Assembly (NCBI RefSeq): GCF_009914755.1
Contig: NC_060938.1
Origin: the human T2T-CHM13v2.0 reference genome, Homo sapiens
Length of the DNA stretch: 64,000 nt
Reading direction: 5' to 3' (one strand)
Made by a program: the position numbers and the translations under genes. A model generated the notes under the pieces. That model saw only the letters and a program-made list of their open reading frames with translations, was not told where the DNA came from and did no database searches. Positions within the stretch are counted from its first letter, which is position 1. Each line of letters begins with the position of its first letter. Positions 1-15,495 of this stretch are shown piece after piece.

Positions 1-1083
1 GTAAATTAACAACAAATCCAATATACATTCAGATATAGAACTGAGGAATATATTGGGCATCGTTTTCAGATGACCTTCATTATTTCAGTCACAGTCTCAC
101 GCTGAGATCATTCAAGTGCCTTTGCAAATCTGAACTATCATTTTTAAACATATCTACTCCATCACAAAAGTCTCTTTTCTGCATTGGTTGAATACAAATG
201 ATAAAGAACTAAATACAAAAGCCAGGCAGATGTTCCGCAGTACACAGAGAGTGTGCCAGATCCTGCAATGGACTCCTCAACGATGCACTGACCTTAAGGA
301 TCTCTGAGGCTATTTCACCAGTCAGTAGACCAGCTTCCCCACCCTGCAAAGCCCATCCCCAAATAGCGTGCACTCTCCAGCTCCAAGATCTTCTGGGATG
401 CCAAGAAAGGCAACTCTCCCACAGAAATCTATCAGAAAACCACATTTTGGCTCAGCTTTTGAAAAACTAAAATAATTGTTCACACAGTAAGAATGTAATT
501 ACTCACATTATGTTAATAATGTTTTTCCTCATAACTCCTAATGACCACACAAAATCTAAGACACTATTCAAAAATCATAAAAGGTATCAACCCTGACTTC
601 AAGGAGATTATAAAGAGAAGCGTTAGTTATAAAGCCCAAGAGAGGCCTTAACTACATTCTACAAATCACAATTTTATTAAGCATTAAGCCATTTCTAATA
701 TACCACAATGAATAAGATTAAAAAAAAAAAAGACATCCAACAGGCTTGAATATTTTTCAAACACGGATCTAAGACTTTTGTTATTTTCCTGTGTCTTTTC
801 TTTTGCCAAAGCTAGAAATCCAGTAATACCCTGGCAATCTTGGCTTCATATTTTGAAGTCATTTATTGCTTCAGCACTGTCGTAGTTAAAGTTCTGGATT
901 TCGTTCTCATGAAATCATGCTCTTCAAATTCTAGCACTGTGCCGACTACATTTGCTTAGCTCTCCAAAGGTTGGCTCTCATTTGTGGAGTTGACCTCCAA
1001 TGACCTCACTCTTGCAATATATACACCTGTGAGTCACTATGGAAGATGCTTAAAAGTGTCCGCGGAGAAAAAAAGAAACTCAC
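1..1083 (-). other. PPP2R5E: Intron downstream of the exon (partial)
   Basis: Begins with the consensus GTGAGT donor on the minus strand. Confidence 0.85.
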
Positions 1084-1280
1084 CATTCTAACTACTTCAG
1101 GGTAAGTCTGCTCTGTCAAACAGCCTCTGCTTATTGTAATGTAGTCCACCAGTTCATTAAGAGTGGAGCGCTTGTATTCTTTCATTTTAAGATCAGATAG
1201 CGTGTCCATGAAGTCAAAAATGACACAGCACTGCTGAAGTTTCTTTAGGAACAGTTCAGGCTGCTCTGAGGATGGAACGT
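1084..1280 (-). CDS. PPP2R5E: Internal coding exon (197 bp, phase-1 acceptor, phase-0 donor) of PP2A regulatory subunit B56 epsilon; probably exon 3
   Basis: Translation (D)[65 protein letters not shown] matches my recollection of B56-epsilon. Acceptor ttcctttttttttcttAG (AG = 1282-1281); donor ATG|GTGAGT (1083-1078). Exon number is from memory. Confidence 0.95.
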
Positions 1281-2239
1281 CTAAGAAAAAAAAAGGAAAT
1301 GGTGTAAGTCTGTCATCAATTTCCAGGTAACAGGAATTCTCTGTGAAAGTTACTTCAAAGGCAAGCTAAAAAAAAATAAGAATTCACATGACAACAGTGT
1401 TCTTTTTCACAGTTACACATGGGTGGGAGGGGATACCGTATCTACTACTTCAGAGACCTTGTCTTTGAAAACTACATTGTACCAACAAAATTGACTGTAT
1501 TTGCTATTCCACAACCAAGGATTGACCAAAATCCCAAAAGACTTTAGAAGGTTGAAGCAAATTTTAACCAAAAACACCCCAATGTCAATACCTTTAAATT
1601 AAAAACACTGAAAAAGGTCAAACTTTCCCTTATAAGAAAGCTTTCGCTGTGGTTTAAATTAGTTTTACTAAAAAATTTCAAAGCAGAAATGTCAGTTGAT
1701 TTATTTTAATTTCATGCTGACATCCTTGGTATTTAAAGCTATTGTTGTGTGTTTATATTTTTTTGTTTTGTTTTGGCTTGATCTGTATGAAGTTTCTTTC
1801 TGAAAGAAACCTGAAAAATCTACTAAATGAAACAATACCAACTCTCTCAAAAAGAGCACACCAGCAATAAGAAAATAAGAGTAAATGCCATATAAATCTA
1901 CATTCTCTTTTTACCCATCTTCTTGTACTGTGAGAGAAAACCACTAACATCTTATATTAATATGTTCCCAGAATGGACATCTGCTCTTTTCCCGCAAACA
2001 GCAGGTCAGACATTTGGCTTGGCGTTGTTTCTAAAAAATATGTAGAAATTTTAGGTTAGTTGAAATTCCTCAGCTAGAAAGGAGCCTGATCTACAGTTGG
2101 ACTTCAAATATACCGACTAAGCTGTAGACAGCCTATCCCCTCCTATCTTCTTTCCAATATTTCATTCCCCCAAACTGGAGCTTCCCTGGAGAAGCAATGA
2201 AAATTATAACCAGGGTAGGCTCTACTGCCTTCATCCAAG

Positions 2240-2400
2240 GTGATTAGCTCATTAATCCTCAGAACATCCTTAGAAAGAAGCAGGTGGCATTATTCTTCTC
2301 CATTTTTCACACACACACAAAATAGAGACAATCATTGAGGTCCCACAGGGAATGGGTTACAGAGCTGGGCAAAGTGCCCAGGTCTCTAACCACACTCCCA
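2240..2400 (-). mobile_element. MIR fragment
   Basis: Degenerate reverse-complement MIR core (attaatcctcagaac...attattc..ccattttt...gagctggg...cccaggtct). Confidence 0.5.
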
Positions 2401-3226
2401 TGTTCCTTTTGTACTAAGCAAGAAGGACCTTAACAGTGTGTAGTCACTTGCAGTCATCCTCAGTTGCCAGCCTTCTGGTAAATGCTTTACAATGGCCTCC
2501 TGGCTTGGGCTGCCTGCTCCCTGGAGAGGAGGGCAACAGCATACAGCACCCCCCTTACAGCCACCAGCAGCAGGAAGTGAAGGCCAGCCTCATTTTCACA
2601 GGACCCACCAGGCTCCTCTCTACAACCTTCTACCCCACCTTACACCCCACAACCCAAATGCCAGCATAGCTACCTCGGACCTCACAGGCAATTCTGGCAA
2701 AACACTGCCAGTTAAGTAAACCTAGATGAGAGTGGATAGGACACCTAAATACATAGGCTTTCTCTACCAGACATTAGAGAACAAGAAGCAGTCCATATCT
2801 TTGAATGTATAGCATCACTCCTACTCTCAGCAAAAACAAGTATTGAATTTAGAAATTATTAACCAGTGAGTTTCCCTTCCCCCATCACTCCTAGGTCCCC
2901 AAAAGCACAATGTGTCTTGCAGTCATGATATAGGTCTTATCCTATGCCCCCCTGGATTTAATCGGTTTTACAATATTTAGCCTTAGACTACAAGAACTAA
3001 ATTCAGTCAGACCAAACTCTCTAAGTGCTACCTGCTTTGGGCGTTTAAAATAAATAAATAAAAATGAAATAAGGCTGCTTATGAGCATGACTATATCCTT
3101 AACCAATGACTAATTCATGCACAGGACCATCACAGTTAATTACTAAAATCTTTCGAGATCGAAATCAGACCCCAGACCTAGCAGCCGAATGGGAATACTG
3201 ATGCTGCAAAGGGGGCAAGAAAAAGC

Positions 3227-3460
3227 TTTTTTTTTTTTAGTTTGAGATGAAGTCTTGTTCAAGCAATTCTCCTGCCTCAGCCTTCTGAGTAGCTGGGCTT
3301 ACAGGCATCCACCACCACACCCAGCTAATTTTTGTATTTTTAGTAAAGACAGGGTTTTGCCATGTTGGCCAGGCTGGTCTCAAACTCCTGACCTCAGGTG
3401 ATCTGCCCACCTCGGCCTCCCAAAGTGTTGGGATTACAGGCATGAGCCACCGCCCTGGCC
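3227..3460 (-). mobile_element. AluS with internal deletion in the right arm
   Basis: Alu consensus; TSD aagaaaaagctt at 3217 and 3461. Confidence 0.9.
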
Positions 3461-3864
3461 AAGAAAAAGCTTATTAATATAACATTCGTTACAGGTCAAA
3501 ATCTTTAGGGAAATTTTAATTAATTCAATATTTGATATAGTGATTTTAATAAAGTCTAAAAATCAGACTATCTACATGTTGAACTCCTTAACATAGCATA
3601 TATAACTTATAAAAGCATCGATGAATTGTAGTCTTTCCTCCTAAAGTACATCATCATTTAAGCAGTGACAACAACAATTAACATTTGTGGTCACTGCAAT
3701 AGTACTCAAGAGATTCATATACTTAGCAGTTCAAAAAATTTAGGCAGTTAACACTTAGTCCTATTTTTTAATGTTAGGCAGTTGAAATTTATCCTTTATT
3801 TGTGCAAAGTGATATAATGTCATAGACAAATGTGAAACAGGCTATCCACCTGTCCAGTGGAATA

Positions 3865-4110
3865 AGGATAATAACTTACATTTATTGAATATATTGGGTA
3901 CATTTATTGGGCACTTTATCTAAGCACTTATACATATTATATCTCCTTTAATCCCTTCAATGGCCTTCTGCAGTAGGTACTATTTCTAACTTAACAAATG
4001 AGTAAACCAAAACACAGAGTCAGTGACTTGCCCATAGTCACACAGTTAATAAGCAGTGGAGACAGGATTCAAACCCAAGTGGATTGGCTCCAAAGCCTGG
4101 ACCCTTCACC
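3865..4110 (-). mobile_element. MIR
   Basis: acaaatgagtaaacc...gtgacttgcccatagtcacacag...ggattcaaaccca...ctccaaagcc. Confidence 0.8.
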
Positions 4111-4699
4111 ACTGTGCAATGCAACACGAAACACAGTGAAAGACCAGAGTGATACCCTATTCCAGAACACAGGGTGTGTGCAAACACAGAAGAGGAGGAA
4201 GAAAGCAGACAAAATGAACAAATGACTCTCCATTCATAAAGCATCATGCTAAACCCCTTCTCTATCTCCCCTCTAGCCCATGCACCAAGAATTAACACAG
4301 CAAAAGCTGCGATTTGTCCTTTATCATAAACTAAATTCTTTCTAAAATGACCTACCTTCATTAAATTAAAAAACTTGCACAGTCAAGATGAACCAAAAGG
4401 GGGTTCTTAAAGAGACAATCCCTTTATGGTAACAATTTAGGAAAGTTTTATACATGTTGAAGGATGACCAGTCCAAACAAGAGGTTCTTCATATAATGTC
4501 TGGGCCTCAGACTGTCCCATATAGCTAATACTGCTCCCAATCTCCTCTCTCATCTACCTAGTCCCAGGTGGATGTGAAAAGGTAGAATGTGAGAAGGCAG
4601 GACAGGCCAGAGATCAGAGAAGGAACAATCTCTGAGTAGTCCAGAAGGTTTCCACTATATAAGAAAAGTTTAGTGTCTATGTAAGCAGTCCCTGAAGTA

Positions 4700-4945
4700 G
4701 ATCCAAATATTCTTTTTAAATAAACATTTATTAAAAGGATCACTTAAGAAGCCATAAAGAGAATCTCATAAAAAACAAAAACATATCATAAAGGCAATGA
4801 ATTCTGACCACAATACAGTAACACTAGATTTTAACAACTCAAAGCTACCCACCTCCAAAATCCAAGTCACCTGGAAATCTAAAAACTTCAGAAGTCAAGA
4901 CTGAAGAAAAAAACAAATTACAGTCATTAAGAAATAAATGTGAAT
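4700..4945 (+). mobile_element. Ancient L1 ORF2 (endonuclease-region) remnant
   Basis: ttctgaccacaatacagtaacactagattttaacaac resembles the L1 'SDHN.IKLEIN' coding segment; A-rich. Confidence 0.45.
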
Positions 4946-7043
4946 TAGGAAAATTAAAGGTCATCTTAGAATCCCAAAGCAGACCAGGCAGTGGATGCTT
5001 CCGTCACCTATCTTCCAGTGAAAACCTCTGGCCAGCAGAGGCCATCCCTGCTCCCAGGAAAGGGATCCCACAGAAGCACGGCCATAAATAATGAGCAATC
5101 AATAAGCGGTTATGTAATACCGTGAAGGTCACTGGCACAATGACTCCTCCATCCAAGGTTGTATGTGTTCAAAAGAGAGAATAATTGATCCCATTATCAC
5201 AGCTTGGTAAGATCCCATAAGGTCAGATTCCACTGCTCTAGAAGAATTCTTAAAATTTTAAGTTGGTTTCCAGAATATGTTTCTCCACCAAGAAAAGAAT
5301 GCAATGACCAGCTAAACTGTACTTCTCACTGCACTGTACTTCTCTTTACTTTTTAGCAGTAGTCATTCTCCCCCTTATGTCTTTATATCACCGTCTTCCA
5401 GTATCCACCTATCAATTTTCATCAATAAGCAGGGGAAAATGACTACGCCTACCTCCAAGGTGTTCATTACATCTGAATATTTTTTAAATTTACGAGTGTG
5501 ACATGCAATGGGAAAATGGACATAAAACTCAACACAGAGTGAGGATGCAATCTCAGATTAAGACAAAGATTCTCTTTGTATCTAAAGAAGTCAACAGGAT
5601 CTATATACAGTTTAGCTCTTGCTGGGGGGCACTCCCCTCACCCTAATCATGATTTAAAGGGAAGGTTGTTTACAATTTGCAGAAGTAGCTCATTCTTCCC
5701 TACTAGTCCACTTCCATCATTCCACCCTATCTAATGTTTGGGGCACATAATCATGGATCCAATATCACCTCACATTTTCTTCAGGCCTGCCTCATTCAGC
5801 ACTTTGCAAAGCAAAAAGTAACAAGGGTAGAAGAAATAAAATATGTGCCCAGTCTCTTGAGTTTGGTACTCTGGGACTCCGATCAACAAAAGTTGTTAAA
5901 AATCAGAACGTTAAATTCACATTTGCAAATATGCCAGCCAAGTAAATAAAGGAGGCCTACATCATTATATTTATTACCCATCATATCATAAAAATAAGGT
6001 AAATTGCTTTTAAAAAATAAGTTAATAAAGAAAATGTGGACTGGCAAATTATTTACACATAAACTATTGAAATGTATGTGGAAATAGAGTGAATAAGTAT
6101 TTCTATAAAATGTTCATATGTTTGCATTGGAAGCTAAACTATAACATTGCTTGAGCTCCTAATGAACAATATTTATAATATCATTCAATGAATATCTATA
6201 AATTATATTTATATTTCCATTCAAAAGATCTAAAATAAAATTCTTCTAAATTAACAATACTTTTTACCTGAAAATGTCCTAAGGTATTACTCACTTAGCC
6301 CTTTTACTTCTATTTCTCCAACTTTCACAAAAAATAATAGGACCAGCACACAATGAGAATAGTAAGTATGGCCTCTGATCCCACAGAACTTTCTCTTAAG
6401 ATGTACAAATCCTCATCCATGTATACTCTGTCCTTCACGGGCAACTCTCCATAAACTTCAACAAAATCACTGAGAATTTTACTTGCATAAGACATACGAG
6501 TCTATATTTACAGAAAACTAAGTGTCTCATAGTTCTAAGGAGATGCTTAATACTAAAACATTAACATAAATAAAACATTATTAAGCAGATTGAGCCGTGA
6601 TAGACTGAAGCTAGGTACACTAGCATATGCGGTAAAATGCCTAATTACCTGCCCATGTAGTCTGTCCAAATCATTGCTATCAATTTTACCTCTACCTTTT
6701 CATAGCACATATTTCAAGAAACCTAGAAATAATCCTATTTTATTAGTAGAACTAAGCTTCCATTACAGGAATTGCTTTTGACACCAGTAAATCACAGATA
6801 TAACCAACAATATTTCCTCAAAACGAGGAGACAACTATAAGCCTTTATAATAAATCAAATAATAGACTTCATGTCCTATGAACTGGAGCCAAATATAACA
6901 TGTTGATTACACAGGATATTTCAATGCACATAAGCAAATAAAAAACTAACCCAGAACCAATCTGTTAACTAAAATAAGCATTAAATACTTGACCAATCCA
7001 ATTACTTTATTATTGTATTCAAAGAAGTGAGTTCAAAGATGTT

Positions 7044-7085
7044 TGTTGTTGATGATGGTGGTGATGGTGGTGGTGGTGGTGATGT
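7044..7085 (+). repeat. (GTT)/(GAT)/(GGT)n trinucleotide tract
   Basis: gttgttgatgatggtggtgatggtggtggtggtggtgatg. Confidence 0.8.
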
Positions 7086-7534
7086 GATATTTCACTGCTA
7101 AGCATTTGTATTTTATAAAAGTGACTCCAGTGATTTCAGTATGTCACTACGGTTAAAAACCACCGTTTTTAAAGTAAGCACTCTAAAATCCTTCTTTCAT
7201 CCCCTCCTCCTTTGAAATTCTTTCTCTCCATTATTTAAAGCTAGCAGTGAAAACTTTTAGTTTCCAAGCTAAGGAAGGTCCCTGGAAACATTTACAACAG
7301 TGAAAGCGTTCTTTCTTGGCCTTGGCTATAATAGGTGAATGTCGAGTTGGCTGCTTTTAGAAATCTTGCCAATCTGTTAGAGAGCTTGAGAAACACTTTG
7401 CTGATTATTAGCATACACGTTTTTTAAAGGTTCAAAACGTGTCATAGAATGACTAGCACAGATAGAATACTGTCAAAAGGATGAGATGAAGGTGTGGGTA
7501 TTGACTGAAATTTCCAGGTAAAAAGAATAGAGAC

Positions 7535-7750
7535 AATAACAATCATGAACACTTACAACCATAAAGCACTGTACTAAGCTCCTGACACACATTATCCCTT
7601 TTAATCCTCAGAATATCTTAGGTGTAGCCACTATTAATATCCCAGTTTTTCAAATGAGGAAACTGACACCCAGAAAGGCTAAGTCATTTGTCCAACATGA
7701 CACACTGGAAGGGCTGCAGCTAGTATCTGAACCCCAGTAGTCTTACTGCC
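7535..7750 (-). mobile_element. MIR
   Basis: caaatgaggaaactgac...aggctaagtcatttgtccaa...tctgaacccc. Confidence 0.75.
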
Positions 7751-8908
7751 CCAACAGTCTTGCTGCGGAGGAGGGAAGGGGCATACCAATAACAATGATG
7801 ATAATGGTGATGATCATGCTAAATAACAGCAACTAACCCCCATTAGAGTTGTACATATACTTCCATTGCTATGGTTAGTTATTTGTTTAAGAGAAGTTGC
7901 AGTCTAAAAGAAAAATTGGTTGACTTTTCTATTAAATACAAATATTCACGTTTTAAAACTTACAACAGTATAAAATCAGCCTTAAGCTAGTGAACAAGTT
8001 TAGGCAGGTAGGTTTAAGTTTTAGATAATAATAACATATTAATTATTCTTCCCAAATGAGACAACGAACATGTATTTATTATTATTGTGTCATGAAGCTC
8101 TCCAGTTTCCCTTTCCCAAAAGCTAACAATATGCTCTCCAATTTACAAATAAAAACCAAAGGTCACCACCACTAGTACAAACTAGTATGGCTTCAAGCAG
8201 CAAAATTACATGATTCAGGGCTTTCGTGTTATTTTGACACTATGATCTAATCAGAAGAAATAGAAAATATACTCACACGCACACATACACACATGCACAC
8301 TGATAAATGACACACAGTGATAAATGCACACAGTGATAAATGACACAGTGTTTCCAACACTGCATGTTATCCCTCATGCTTTATCTTCTAATGCCAAGTT
8401 GGTTACTGAAACTTGTCAACACATGAAAAAATATTTTAAAACTGATCAACTCCTCATTAGAGGTTTAATTATTTTCCTGCCACCAAACTCACCACAGGAC
8501 AGATGCCACCAAAGGTTCTGACAAAGTCAATGTCTTTATTAGTAATTCATTTCCTAAGGGCTTATTTCCAGGGCAGTAATGCCAGGAGGGAAAGAACCGA
8601 GGCCTTTTGAATATGAGGAATTCCTAGAGCTTGACAGGCTATACTAAAAAAGAGCTGCAAGAATTATATACAGTATTCTACAGTTTGCATTTCAGTGGTT
8701 CCCTCTTTTGAGGATGTTACGTGCCAGTAAAATTACAGAAAAAAAAAAAGCAGTTTGTCAATTTTTCTTCAGGTAAAGGCATTAAAAACATAGCCACCAT
8801 TTATTTTCACTATAATTTCATAAAAATAAAGCACCTTTATAATAACAAAAGAAGATAAAGAACGATCATAGAATAAAAGACAATACTTCCTTTCAAAAGG
8901 AGGGTTGG

Positions 8909-9210
8909 TGCTGGGCACGTTGGCTCCCACCCAAAATCCCAGCACTTTGGGAGGCCAAGGTGGGAGGATCGTTTAAAAGCCAGGTGTTTGAGACTAGCCT
9001 AGGCAACACAGCGAGATCGCGTCTCTACAAAATTTAAAAAAAAAAAAAAATTGCTGGGCTTGGTGGCGTGTGCCTGTAGTCCCAGGTACTTGGGAGGCTG
9101 AGGTGGGAGGATCACTTCAGCCCAGGCTGCAGTGAGCTATAAGCGTGCTACTGTACTCCACCCTAGATAATAGTGTGAGACCTTGTCTCAAAAAGATATA
9201 AATAAAAATA
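8909..9210 (+). mobile_element. AluJ
   Basis: Alu dimer with J-type features; TSD aaaaggagggtt. Confidence 0.9.
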
Positions 9211-9448
9211 AAAAGGAGGGTTAGCAATTACCCCTCACACATACACACACACACACATGCATGTGCACACATACACACATAGAGTGGTATATTCTCTCTC
9301 GACCTTCCTTTCTCTTCTTATTTTTCACTTTTCCCAGTACTGCCAACAACTTTTCCAAGGGCCTGTATTTGGGGATCTCTGAGCCATATTATTCCTTTCT
9401 TCCAATACTTTTCTAGAAGCACGGACAACAGAATTCTAGCTGTAATGA

Positions 9449-9764
<316 letters not shown>

Positions 9765-10215
9765 TTCAACTGTAGATCATCATAAAAGCTGAGAAGATAA
9801 ATCATACGTTCTGCAATTGTAAAGGAAGAGCAGCCATGTCAGTCCTTAAAATTCTTAACACAAAATTCCCATGAAACTGCACATACCTCCATTCAAGCAC
9901 TTGCTACATTATACTGCAACTTTTTTTTTAACCAGCACTACACCTGCCTTGCACGTTTTAATAAACTGTTCGTATCAGAAGTTTTAGAATATAGTAGGTA
10001 CGTAATGTTAGTTGAGTAAGTAAATTCTACATATTTGCATCTTATTTCCCCATGTTTTCATTTTTAAATTATAACTTTATTCCTCCAGAAATAAAATTAG
10101 ACTAAAGAATAGAGGAAAAGGCTTGATATAATGTATTTAATAAAATAAATTATTTCCTAGTATATTAATAATATCAAGTCATGAAATGCAAATTTTAAAA
10201 GTAAGATGGTTTTAT

Positions 10216-10514
<299 letters not shown>

Positions 10515-10523
10515 CTAAGATGG

Positions 10524-10813
<290 letters not shown>

Positions 10814-10908
10814 AAGACAGTTTTTAATGACCCAATATGTATAAATATAAGAAGGAGTGAAAAGAGCCAGCTTATCTGAAAGAACCTAACCAAAAAAAAA
10901 TGCATTAG

Positions 10909-11290
<382 letters not shown>

Positions 11291-11494
11291 GAATTGACTT
11301 TTTAAAATAAACAGAATGGTTTATATTCAAGGATAAGAGAAAAATAGGGAAAAAATTCAAAATGAAGATGAGTATACAACATTAAGTAGCATAATTTGGA
11401 AATGCCCTCTATAGCAAAATAACCCGAAAATTTTGTCATTTATTATTTATAAATGAAAAATGAGAAGGTCTAGTGCAAAGGGAATGGGCTCCTC

Positions 11495-12020
11495 TATTCA
11501 TTCACTCACTCTATCATTCACTGATCCGCCAAATATTCATTGAACACCCACCAACAGCCAGGGACTACTGTGATAACATAATGAAGAGGAGACAAAAGTC
11601 CTGAGCTTTACATTCTAGCAGGAAGAGACAAATAATAGAAACTAAAAATAATAAACATGTTATACGGTGTATGCTATGGGGAATAATAGTGTGCAGGGCA
11701 AGGGGGACTAGGCACGCTGGGGTTGAAGGGTACAATGTTAAACAGAGCATTCACCTGGAAGATGACATTTGAGCAAATACTTGAAGGAAGTGGGGTAGTC
11801 AGCCAAGGCTGTCTGGGGAAGAGTGTCCCAAGGAGAGAAATGGCAAGTGCAAGGTACTGTGGCAGGAAGAAGGAGCATGCTGGTGAATCTGATGATCAGC
11901 AAAGAAGTGAATGTGGCTGGAGCTGGAGTGGAAAGTGGGGAAGAAAAGGACAGAAGAAGAAAGGACAAGTGGCTGCAGAAGATCATCTTGGGTCTTGTGA
12001 AACACGGTGAGGACTTTGGC
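11495..12020 (-). mobile_element. L2 3' end
   Basis: tcattcactc...aaatattcattgaacacc...ttacattctagcagg...gatgacatttgagca. Confidence 0.7.
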
Positions 12021-12555
<535 letters not shown>

Positions 12556-12719
12556 TTATCAAGTATCTATAAATACTGTATGGAATCAATTTCCTATTTC
12601 ATAACTTATTAAAACTATCTTCTGTGCAGAAATACTTATATTTGCTATTTCTGGCACACCTTCAAAATTAGTTTTAAACAATTTTTTAATTTTATTCTGA
12701 AGTATTTCTAGAAACATTA

Positions 12720-13029
<310 letters not shown>

Positions 13030-14139
13030 TTTTTTTTAAAGAAACATTAATTTTTTGTTAAAATTTTATTCTAGTAATACCAAACTTGAATTAAACAAAG
13101 GCCATCTATTTAGAACTCTCAAATAACCATAACTTCTCTTCTGCACTTGTCTTTTAAGACAAGGAGCAAATCATAAAATCCTAATTTGATAAAAAGGAAT
13201 TACGGAACAAATTTCCAGGATGTGCCTGAGAGTCAGCATCACTGAAGCCCAATTTTCAGTCAGGTTCAGAAGTATGAGAAACAAAAATCTTCAAGAAAAA
13301 AGATTATTTTTTATTTACGCCATGCTTATAAGGTAAGGAAATAAGTTAATGGAATTAAAGATTTTCAGCAAGCATGTAACATTCAATTGACCCTCCCTCC
13401 CCACAACCCGGCCAAAAAAACGGCAATAAAAGGAGACATTATTTTCAAGCATTTCAGTTAATTGAGGGTCCTTCCCCAAGAGATTACTTCTAAAGGGGAT
13501 AAAATGGCCTATGTATTTTCCATTTGTTTTGAAGATTAACATCAACACCAATTGTTTCAGAATAAAATGAACCTGCAGCTATTTTAACAGCCCACTTATC
13601 TGTTAATTCATAATTTATAGTTGATCAAAGACATCATGAAACTTAAAAAAAAAAAGTTTTAAAAATACAAAAAAAAAAAAACAACAACAAGAGTCAATCC
13701 AATGTTGCAATGCCAGCTTAGAGATGCTATTTTTGAACCTCTGTTGGGATTTTAAAGTATGAGAGCTTAAGCTCCTGAGACTGACACAGGACTGAGAACA
13801 GTGGAATAGCTTCTAATCCCAAGAGTAATAAAGAGTGTAAATTTATAATTAAAGTCATAATCTCAGCAGTAAAATCCAGGGATGGCATGTAGTACACAGG
13901 CATGTAGTACACAGTCCCCTAATTGTGAAGCTCTCCCATGCTTCATACAAAAGATACTACTTAATTAATATAGTTAAATACAAATGTAAGTCCACATAGA
14001 ACAGTTGAGGAAATCCAAAATTCAAATCTGAAATACCATGCCAAGAGACAAGAAACCCATTTCAAAGCTTTATTTCCTCGTGTGTATAAAAGCAGAATTA
14101 TTCAAGCATAAAACAATAAAGACGGAGAAACTTACAAGT

Positions 14140-14210
14140 GTGTACTTACGTATGTATGTGTGTATACATATGTGTATACATACATATGTGTATGTATGTA
14201 TGTGTGTATG
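14140..14210 (+). repeat. (TATG/TG)n microsatellite
   Basis: tatgtatgtgtgtatacatatgtgtatacatacatatgtgtatgtatgtatgtgtgtatg. Confidence 0.8.
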
Positions 14211-14339
14211 AACAGTTTTGAGTATATGACTCCAAAATCAAAACTTGGAGAACAGTAATGCAGAGAGTTTAAAAAGGACAGCGAACGTGTCTGGGAAGCT
14301 TAACACTTTCAGAACAGAAAAGTATTTAAAAACATTATT

Positions 14340-14668
<329 letters not shown>

Positions 14669-15239
14669 CTATGCTGCTGGTTTCCTAGCCACAAAACATC
14701 CGTCTCCAAGGGTAAGACAGTCACTGAAACCTAAAGATATGCATGCTTACAGTGCAATTCTAAGCACAGCCTTTTTCTGAATTTTGATATAATTCAGCAT
14801 TCTATGTCTAATACTGTAACCCAGAGTTTAGCTAAACATGCCATGGGGTAGTACAAACATTTTCTCTTCAGATTGTACTGAAAATGACTTTCCCTTTCAG
14901 AAAACATATTATATAACTCTATCTTCCACTTAAGGAGCCAGACCACATATGAGAAATAAGAGTTGACCTTAATAAGTATAATAAAGTTAAAACTAAGCTC
15001 GGCAACTAGGTCCACTATCTCAAAAGTCTGTCAGTTATAATTCTGGAAAAACATCACAGAAACGTTTAAGATGTCAAATGAATTCGATTTCTTTCAGCAT
15101 AATTGGGAACTTGAAAAAGAAATGTAAGCCCATTCTGCATTCTTCCAGATGGCTGAGGTTGTCCTTGGGGTCACACACACACAGACTTTGAAATCAGGGG
15201 ACCTGGGTTCCAATCAGGCTCCAGCTGGGCAATTTTGGG

Positions 15240-15495
15240 CAGTATAGTGTGACAGCTAAGACGATGGGCTACAGAGTTAGACTGCCTGGAGTCCAAGGTC
15301 AGCTTTGCCACTTCCTAGCTGGAAAAGCTTAGGTGAGTCTCTAGCCCTTAGTTTCCTCATCTATAAATGAGGGTATAATAACAGCACCTACCCCACAGAG
15401 TTTACTTAAGAATTAAGTGAGTACATAAAAATAAAAACACATAGAAGAGTATCTGGGACACATTTGGTGCTCAATAAACTTTAACTGCTAAATTA
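15240..15495 (+). mobile_element. MIR
   Basis: agactgcctgg...ttagtttcctcatctataaatgaggg...gtgctcaataaa. Confidence 0.8.

Noticed and set aside
1006-1083. ORF track extension ([14 protein letters not shown]...) of the B56 exon
   Set aside because: It is read-through past a consensus GTGAGT donor into the intron; B56 similarity stops at ...VVRM
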